A stretch of DNA of 64,000 nucleotides from NCBI GenBank assembly GCA_022843225.1, contig JALHOC010000003.1, positions 48,290 through 112,289 of the forward strand, given 5' to 3'. This document shows, piece after piece, positions 58,526-64,000 of this stretch (the first letter of the stretch is position 1; each line of letters opens with the position of its first letter). The position numbers were made by a program, and so were the translations under genes. The stretch is from Hyphomonadaceae bacterium. GTDB lineage: Bacteria; Pseudomonadota; Alphaproteobacteria; Caulobacterales; Aquidulcibacteraceae. A model generated the notes under the pieces. That model was not told the DNA's origin and did no database searches. It saw nothing but the letters and a program-made list of their open reading frames with translations.

Positions 58526-59460
58526 CGAAGAGCGGAATCGAAGGAATAGCGCCAATTGCCTTCGTAATCGCGCGTCCAGATAGAAATGTAACGCCCTGGC
58601 GTGCGCGTTCCATCGGGCGCGACATACACCGAGTTTCCCCAAGTCCAGCCCATGTCGCCGCGCGCGGACACACGCGCGGTCTCCGGCGCCCATTCCAACC
58701 GAGCGCCTTGCGGCCAATTTTGATAGCGCGCGGCGACTCCCGCGCGGCCAGAGATCACCTCGCTCGACGTCACCATCAGCACGTCTTGCGCCGCATATCG
58801 ATTGAACGCCGCCGCGACTCCGTCAGCCACCGACATCGCCGCGAAGGCACGGTCGGCGTCCATCAACTCGGAGACGGCGGCCGCCGCTAGCTCTTCTTCC
58901 GTGCGGGACCCGGCGATCTCCGACAACCGCCCTGAGAGACGGCCCGCTGCATCTCCTGCAGCCACGCACGCGCGCGTCAAGCTCGTCGAGCGCCCAGCGA
59001 GCGCCACTTCGACATAAGCCTGCTCCCCAGCAATACACGGCTCGTCGCCGCCACCCAGCGAGCCCGCAACGCCCATCGCCGCGCGCACGAGCGTTGCGAT
59101 CTCAGTGCGTTGCGCCTCGGTAGGCGTCGTCACACGCGGCGCGTCCCCACCCCAGAGCCACCATCCCGTGGAGGGATGCCCTGTGAAGCGACGCACAGCC
59201 AACACGCCTTGTTGCCCACGCAATTCATAGCGGATCACGCGCGCAACGCCGCCGCGATAGGGCGCGATTGTCGCCCGAACCGCTAGATCGATGCCCTCCG
59301 CCGCCAAAGCGGCGCGCCCGCCGGTCGTCGGCGTCACGTCCGCCGACAACATAGCCTGCGCCCATTGTGGGGCGCGCAGCGACAAATTCTGCGCCGCCGC
59401 CGGCATGCTGATAAGAAGCACAACGCCACATAGAACAGCCGCGCGAAGATATGTGTTCAT
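58522..59460 (-). CDS. Secreted protein with C-terminal NTF2-like (DUF4440) domain
   Basis: Signal peptide; LMDADRAFAA, VSARGDMGWTWG, GRYISIWTR..GNWR. Confidence 0.8.
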   Translation of the reverse strand: MNTYLRAAVLCGVVLLISMPAAAQNLSLRAPQWAQAMLSADVTPTTGGRAALAAEGIDLAVRATIAPYRGGVARVIRYELRGQQGVLAVRRFTGHPSTGWWLWGGDAPRVTTPTEAQRTEIATLVRAAMGVAGSLGGGDEPCIAGEQAYVEVALAGRSTSLTRACVAAGDAAGRLSGRLSEIAGSRTEEELAAAAVSELMDADRAFAAMSVADGVAAAFNRYAAQDVLMVTSSEVISGRAGVAARYQNWPQGARLEWAPETARVSARGDMGWTWGNSVYVAPDGTRTPGRYISIWTRDYEGNWRYSFDSALR

Positions 59461-59563
59461 CCCGCCCCCGAAGGTCCGCTGGTTCTCAGTATATCCGTTT
59501 TACGACAAACGCCACGCGCCTCGCCAGCGGCAAGACGGCATTTTCACAGCGTTGAGGTTAAGA

Positions 59564-60064
59564 TCAGGGCTGCGGCATTTCTATAACCGGCTGACCATCG
59601 CGCAACACCCATCGCGCCGTCCCCGCCACGCGATCGACTTCGTCCTGCAGATCGCGCACGACGCGCGGCATTCCCACGCTGGAGCCGGCATAGTCCACCA
59701 CCGCTTTACGCCGTCCATCGCGTTCAAAGATGAGCGTGAAGGTAGGGTGGTCAGTCACCTCGCCGCGATACTCGCTCCGCAGGTTTTCAAAACCCGCCGC
59801 ATCGAAGCGTTCAACCAGACGCGCGACTTCCTCTGGTGCAATCGTCGCGGTTTGGGCCCCACGCACATTGACGAATTGGCGCCCTTCATAGCTCACAGCG
59901 CCGTCGCCTGAGATCGAAACCGTATACGCGGGGCAGTGCCCGTAGCAGACGGTCCGCGTGAGGCTGATGCGCACATTGTTCTCCTGGGCTGGCGCTTCAA
60001 TCGGCGCGCACGCGACAAAGACAAAGGCGCAAAGCGCCGTTAGAACGAAACGTATCATCATCAC
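59564..60064 (-). CDS. DUF6438-type lipoprotein
   Basis: VAC lipobox; LTRTVCYGHCPAYTVSI..G.V.YEG, TDHPT. Confidence 0.8.
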   Translation of the reverse strand: MMMIRFVLTALCAFVFVACAPIEAPAQENNVRISLTRTVCYGHCPAYTVSISGDGAVSYEGRQFVNVRGAQTATIAPEEVARLVERFDAAGFENLRSEYRGEVTDHPTFTLIFERDGRRKAVVDYAGSSVGMPRVVRDLQDEVDRVAGTARWVLRDGQPVIEMPQP

Positions 60065-60759
60065 GTAGCCTTTCGCGCCAGCTTTTCGCGCGCCGCCACC
60101 CAGGTCGCGTCGCGGCGCTGAACGAGGTATCCAGGGTAACGCGCCTCCATCGCCTCGCCCAGTTCGGCGGCGATCGCGAACGCTGATGTCTTGTCATCCA
60201 TGCGCCCAACCGAAAGCCGGCGTAACATTTGCCCACGTCGGCGCGGATCGATGGCGTTCTGCGCTTCCGACACCAACAAGCGCCGACACTTCACAAGAAA
60301 CGCCAACGCCTCTTCGTCCGGCTCAGCGCCGGCGGCGTCCAGCCGCTCGACCTGCCCACAGGCGAAGACAACCGCATCTAGGATGGGCGGGCGAAACCCT
60401 TGGAACGCGGCCTCTTTGTGTTGGCCGTGCTCGTCAGGCGCTTCGTTGGGAAAAAACAGCCTGCCGCGATCGGCGGCCGAAGAGAGCTTCTGCCCTGCTT
60501 CGAGCGCCAGCCGGCGAAACTCGTCAGCCGCATAGATCGCGCCGCGTCCGCGCGCCAACGCAGCCCCCTGCGAGACAAGATCGATGGCTTCGTGAACCCA
60601 GGCCAGCACCTCGGAATCCATCTGCGCCTTGAGGCTTTCAAACTGCATCGCCGTCTGCCGGCGCACAACCAGCCAGTTCAGGATGAGAGAGACAAGCGCG
60701 AGCGCAGCCGAAAGCGCCGCGACCCATTCGTTCACACCCCAATTCGCCAACCAATTCAT
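60061..60759 (-). CDS. Hypothetical protein with N-terminal TM anchor
   Basis: TM helix, then ADRGRLFFPN..K..AFQGFRPPILD; SD GGAG; overlaps the next gene. Confidence 0.75.
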   Translation of the reverse strand: MNWLANWGVNEWVAALSAALALVSLILNWLVVRRQTAMQFESLKAQMDSEVLAWVHEAIDLVSQGAALARGRGAIYAADEFRRLALEAGQKLSSAADRGRLFFPNEAPDEHGQHKEAAFQGFRPPILDAVVFACGQVERLDAAGAEPDEEALAFLVKCRRLLVSEAQNAIDPRRRGQMLRRLSVGRMDDKTSAFAIAAELGEAMEARYPGYLVQRRDATWVAAREKLARKAT

Positions 60760-60901
60760 GCCCATCTCCGACCTTGGCCTCGCTGTAGCACGGCCCCAGA
60801 GACGCCAAAAAGCGCAACCCGCAGGCAATTTCACGAAATTGTGCGCGCGCATGCAACGGCGACGGGTTAAGGTGCGGGCCAAAACGATAAGGAGCCAGCC
60901 C

Positions 60902-61831
60902 ATGGTTTCGAAGCTCAGTCTCGCCGGAGCAGCCGTCCTATTGGTTACGCTTGGCGCATCGCCGCTGGCCATGGCCGCCGGGAGCGGCGGATCGATGGGC
61001 GGCGGCGCGCCGAGCGGGAGTTCGCAACGCGAAGACCCGGCGCAGGCTTATCAAGCCGGCGTCACAGCTTTGAATGCACGCGAATACCGCGACGCAATTC
61101 GCCACTTCCGCGCCGCGCGGCGCGCATTGCCGAATGACGGGACTGTCAACTACGCGCTTGGCCTCGCCTACGTGGGCGCCGATGAAACCGAGGAAGCACG
61201 CAGCGCCTTCGAACGTGCGGCGCGCGCTGAGAATGCACCCGCTGGCGCGCGCCTCCAACTCGGTCTGGTTCACCTTCAGCTCGGACAGCGCGATGATGCT
61301 GTTGCGCAGCAGGCGGAACTCGCGCGTCTGATCGCGGCATGTGACGAAGCATGCGGCGCGGCGAAGCGTGGGCAATTGCAAACCGCGTACGATCAACTGA
61401 CGCAAGCGCTCAGCGCGCCGGCCGCGGCCGCCGCCGATCCTGCTACAACAGGGTGGAACTTTCCCAACGTCGAAGAAGGTCGAACCGCCTATGCGGCGGC
61501 CGTGGGCTTGATCAATCAGGAGCGTTTCCCCGAAGCGCTTGAGGCGTTGCAACGCGCCGAAACGGCCGTCGGCCCTCATCCAGACATTCTCAATTATATG
61601 GGCTTCGCCAGCCGCAAGCTCGGCCGCTACGAAGCCGCCCTCGGTTATTACGAACAGGCGCTGCAGCTTGCGCCCAATCACCTCGGCGCCATCGAATATC
61701 TGGGCGAATTGTACGTCCAAATGGGCGATCTTCATCGCGCGCGCTCGCAACTCGCGCAGCTGGATGGCCTGTGCGCGTATGGCTGCGAACAGCGCGAGGA
61801 ACTGGCGCGGTGGATCGACAGCGCGCGTTAA
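60902..61831 (+). CDS. Secreted tetratricopeptide repeat protein
   Basis: Signal peptide; NYALGLAY, NYMGFASRKLG, EYLGELY; SD AAGGAG. Confidence 0.9.
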   Translation: MVSKLSLAGAAVLLVTLGASPLAMAAGSGGSMGGGAPSGSSQREDPAQAYQAGVTALNAREYRDAIRHFRAARRALPNDGTVNYALGLAYVGADETEEARSAFERAARAENAPAGARLQLGLVHLQLGQRDDAVAQQAELARLIAACDEACGAAKRGQLQTAYDQLTQALSAPAAAAADPATTGWNFPNVEEGRTAYAAAVGLINQERFPEALEALQRAETAVGPHPDILNYMGFASRKLGRYEAALGYYEQALQLAPNHLGAIEYLGELYVQMGDLHRARSQLAQLDGLCAYGCEQREELARWIDSAR

Positions 61832-62730
61832 AGCTGGCGGCTGTCGCGCTCGCCTGCACAACGCTCGCGGCGGCGGCTCAGCCAAGCCAAATCTTGCGTC
61901 AACAAGGTTGGACTGTGCAAGGGGAAACGCTGGCTTTCGATCTGACGCACGCGCCCAGCGAGTGCTTGGCGCGAACATCGCCAGAGATCGAAGCGGGCCG
62001 CGCTTTGTTTCGCAGCCCCGCGCTTCTCGGCGGGCCTGCTGCGCGACTGGGTCTTTCGTGCGACGCGTGCCACAGCAATGGGCGCGCCAATGCGCGCTTC
62101 TTTTTGCCGGAACTCACCAATCGCGCCGGCGCCGCTGATGTCACGTCGGAATGGTCCAGTCGCGTGCGCGGCGATGGCGTAACGAACCCCGTCCCTATCC
62201 CCGACCTTGCGGGCGTAGGGGCGAAGGCCGGTTTCGGCGCCGCGCGCAATCCGTCTCTCTCCCATTTTGTTCGCGGCGTCATTGAAGAAGAATTCCAAGG
62301 CGCGCCTCCACCCGATGAAGCTTTGGCCAGCGTGATCGCGTATCTCAACGCGCTTGATGCAAGCGCGTGCGCTCCCGATCCTGCACCCATCAGCTTGACC
62401 CTTACCGCCAACGATGTGCGCCGCGCTATAGACGCGGCTCGAGGTGCTGAACCCGCCACCGCTTCATTGCTGGTGTTATCCGCACAGGATGCGATCGGGC
62501 GCATCGTGGAGCGCCTTCCGGCGCAACGCTTCGCGACATCGCGCAATGCTCTGGAAGGCTTGGCGCGCGAACTTGGCGGTTGGCGCTCAAGCGGTGATGT
62601 TCGGGTCGCTTTGCTGACAGGACACGATGGCTGGCGAGCGCGCTTCGACGCAGCGATTGCGCGCATTTCACGGCGCGAACGCCACACTTATTTCGATGCC
62701 GAAACCCTAAGACGCCACCTCAGTCACTAA
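61810..62730 (+). CDS. Secreted mono-heme c protein (CcP/MauG-like N-terminal region)
   Basis: GRALFRSP..SCDACH (CxxCH), IPDL; GTG 61810 with SD GAGGA; signal peptide. Confidence 0.75.
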   Translation: MDRQRALKLAAVALACTTLAAAAQPSQILRQQGWTVQGETLAFDLTHAPSECLARTSPEIEAGRALFRSPALLGGPAARLGLSCDACHSNGRANARFFLPELTNRAGAADVTSEWSSRVRGDGVTNPVPIPDLAGVGAKAGFGAARNPSLSHFVRGVIEEEFQGAPPPDEALASVIAYLNALDASACAPDPAPISLTLTANDVRRAIDAARGAEPATASLLVLSAQDAIGRIVERLPAQRFATSRNALEGLARELGGWRSSGDVRVALLTGHDGWRARFDAAIARISRRERHTYFDAETLRRHLSH

Positions 62731-63633
62731 AGACCGCGCCTGCGCAACTCTGCTCTCTACATCGACGGACTCAAGGCGCGACCAATCGCGCATTTGGTTG
62801 GCGATCCAGGTAAACTGGCGTTTGGCGTAGCGGCGCGTATCGCGTTTGCCGATCTCGGCGGCGTCCGCGAGGCTGATCTCGCCGCGCAGGTGCGCCATCA
62901 AGGCGGGCGCGCCGTGCGCTTTCAACGCCGGCAATTCCGTATCAAGATTGCGCGCCGCGAAAGCTCGCACCTCATCGAGCGCGCCGGCGGCGAGCATGGC
63001 GTCAAAGCGCGTATTGATCGCGGCATAGAGCGCTTCACGCGGCGGCGCCAATGTAAGGCCAATCCAATCCGCCTGCGCAAGCGGCGGTTTGGTGTCGGCC
63101 TGAAAGGCGCTGATGCTCTCGCCCGTTGTTTGCCACACCTCCAACGCACGTAAGATTCGCGGCGCATCGTTGGGCATGATGCGCATGGCGGTTTGCGGAT
63201 CGACGCGCGCGAGGTCCGCATGCAGCGCGGGTGCGCCTTCCTTCGTGGCGCGCTCCCGCAGCGCCACGCGCGTCTCGTCGCTGGCGGCCGGGATGTCAGC
63301 GAGTCCTTGCGTGAGCGCGCGGAAATAGAGCCCCGTGCCGCCAACCAGGATAGGCACAGCCCCACGCGCTCGAATCGCGGCGATCGCCGCGAGCGCATCT
63401 TCAAGCCAACGCCCCACCGAATAGAGTTCAGCGGCGTCGATATGGCCGTAGAGATGATGTGCAACCCGCGCCTCTTCCTCCGACGTCGGGCGCGCGGTGA
63501 GAATACGGAAGTCTCGATAAACCTGCATTGAGTCGGCGTTAACGATCTCCCCGCCGAGATCCTCGGCGAGCCGCAACGCGAGGGCGGATTTGCCGCTCGC
63601 GGTCGGCCCCATGATCAGAAGCGCGCGCATCAT
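62707..63633 (-). CDS. miaA: tRNA dimethylallyltransferase
   Basis: GPTASGKS, NADSMQVY, VGGTGLY, TRRYAKRQFTW. Confidence 0.97.
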   Translation of the reverse strand: MMRALLIMGPTASGKSALALRLAEDLGGEIVNADSMQVYRDFRILTARPTSEEEARVAHHLYGHIDAAELYSVGRWLEDALAAIAAIRARGAVPILVGGTGLYFRALTQGLADIPAASDETRVALRERATKEGAPALHADLARVDPQTAMRIMPNDAPRILRALEVWQTTGESISAFQADTKPPLAQADWIGLTLAPPREALYAAINTRFDAMLAAGALDEVRAFAARNLDTELPALKAHGAPALMAHLRGEISLADAAEIGKRDTRRYAKRQFTWIANQMRDWSRLESVDVESRVAQARSLVTEVAS

Positions 63634-63680
63634 GCGTGTTGGAGGTAGCGCAAAGGCTGCGGCTCCCCTAGAGGGAACGC

Positions 63681-64000
63681 GTGGAACACGCCCTCGTCTT
63701 TGTCGCCTCCCCAGACAACAAGCCCGCCTATCGCGAAGCCCTGATGATGCTGGGGCGCGTGGCTTTGGCGCGCAAATTGCCGCCGCCCGAGGTGCTTTCG
63801 GGCTGGGAGAGCGCGCAATGGATTTATAAGCGCGTTGACGATGAATTGCGCGCGGACGCGGCGGCGGCCGTTGAGGGGCTTCCGGTGGATTGGGCGCTGG
63901 TTCCCGTTCAAGGTCGGCGAAAGCGCCTCCTCGTCGCCGACATGGATTCGACCGTCATCAACGTCGAATGCCTCGACGAATTGGCCGATTTCGCGGGCAT
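63681..64000 (+). CDS. serB: Phosphoserine phosphatase, 5' part (truncated; not in the ORF track)
   Basis: GTG 63681 frame reads ..RRKRLLVADMDSTVINVECLDELADFAG (HAD motif I); divergent from miaA as is typical. Confidence 0.93.
   Translation, partial: MEHALVFVASPDNKPAYREALMMLGRVALARKLPPPEVLSGWESAQWIYKRVDDELRADAAAAVEGLPVDWALVPVQGRRKRLLVADMDSTVINVECLDELADFAG

Overview
High-GC alphaproteobacterial chromosomal DNA. Gene content (def-fmt-truA, ffs/dnaX-ybaB-recR, mreBCD-mrdA-rodA, TipN-like gene, miaA/serB) points to Caulobacterales/Hyphomonadaceae; this is inferred from memory of the families, not from a search. About 65 CDS and one SRP RNA (ffs) are visible. I saw no tRNA, rRNA, CRISPR array, transposase or integrase. 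The window is mostly core genome with small accessory genes inserted into conserved operons. Best leads: (1) a CADD/CT610-type self-sacrificing pABA synthase candidate, with its metal ligands and sacrificial Tyr/Lys apparently conserved, directly upstream of fmt; (2) an ethylmalonyl-CoA cluster (ccr, FabH-like KAS III, porin, ecm) in which ccr, the KAS III gene and ecm each carry the same TGCRNYGCA (PhaR-type) box upstream, suggesting the KAS III belongs to the pathway or regulon; (3) a stand-alone GIY-YIG nuclease not called in the ORF track at its own start, with a near-perfect CtrA box; (4) a four-hairpin intergenic element at 18.8 kb; (5) an S1 protease with His-Glu-Ser in place of His-Asp-Ser; (6) a duplicated-TPR plus mono-heme CxxCH gene pair. 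All family assignments rest on motifs read by eye; no database searches were run.
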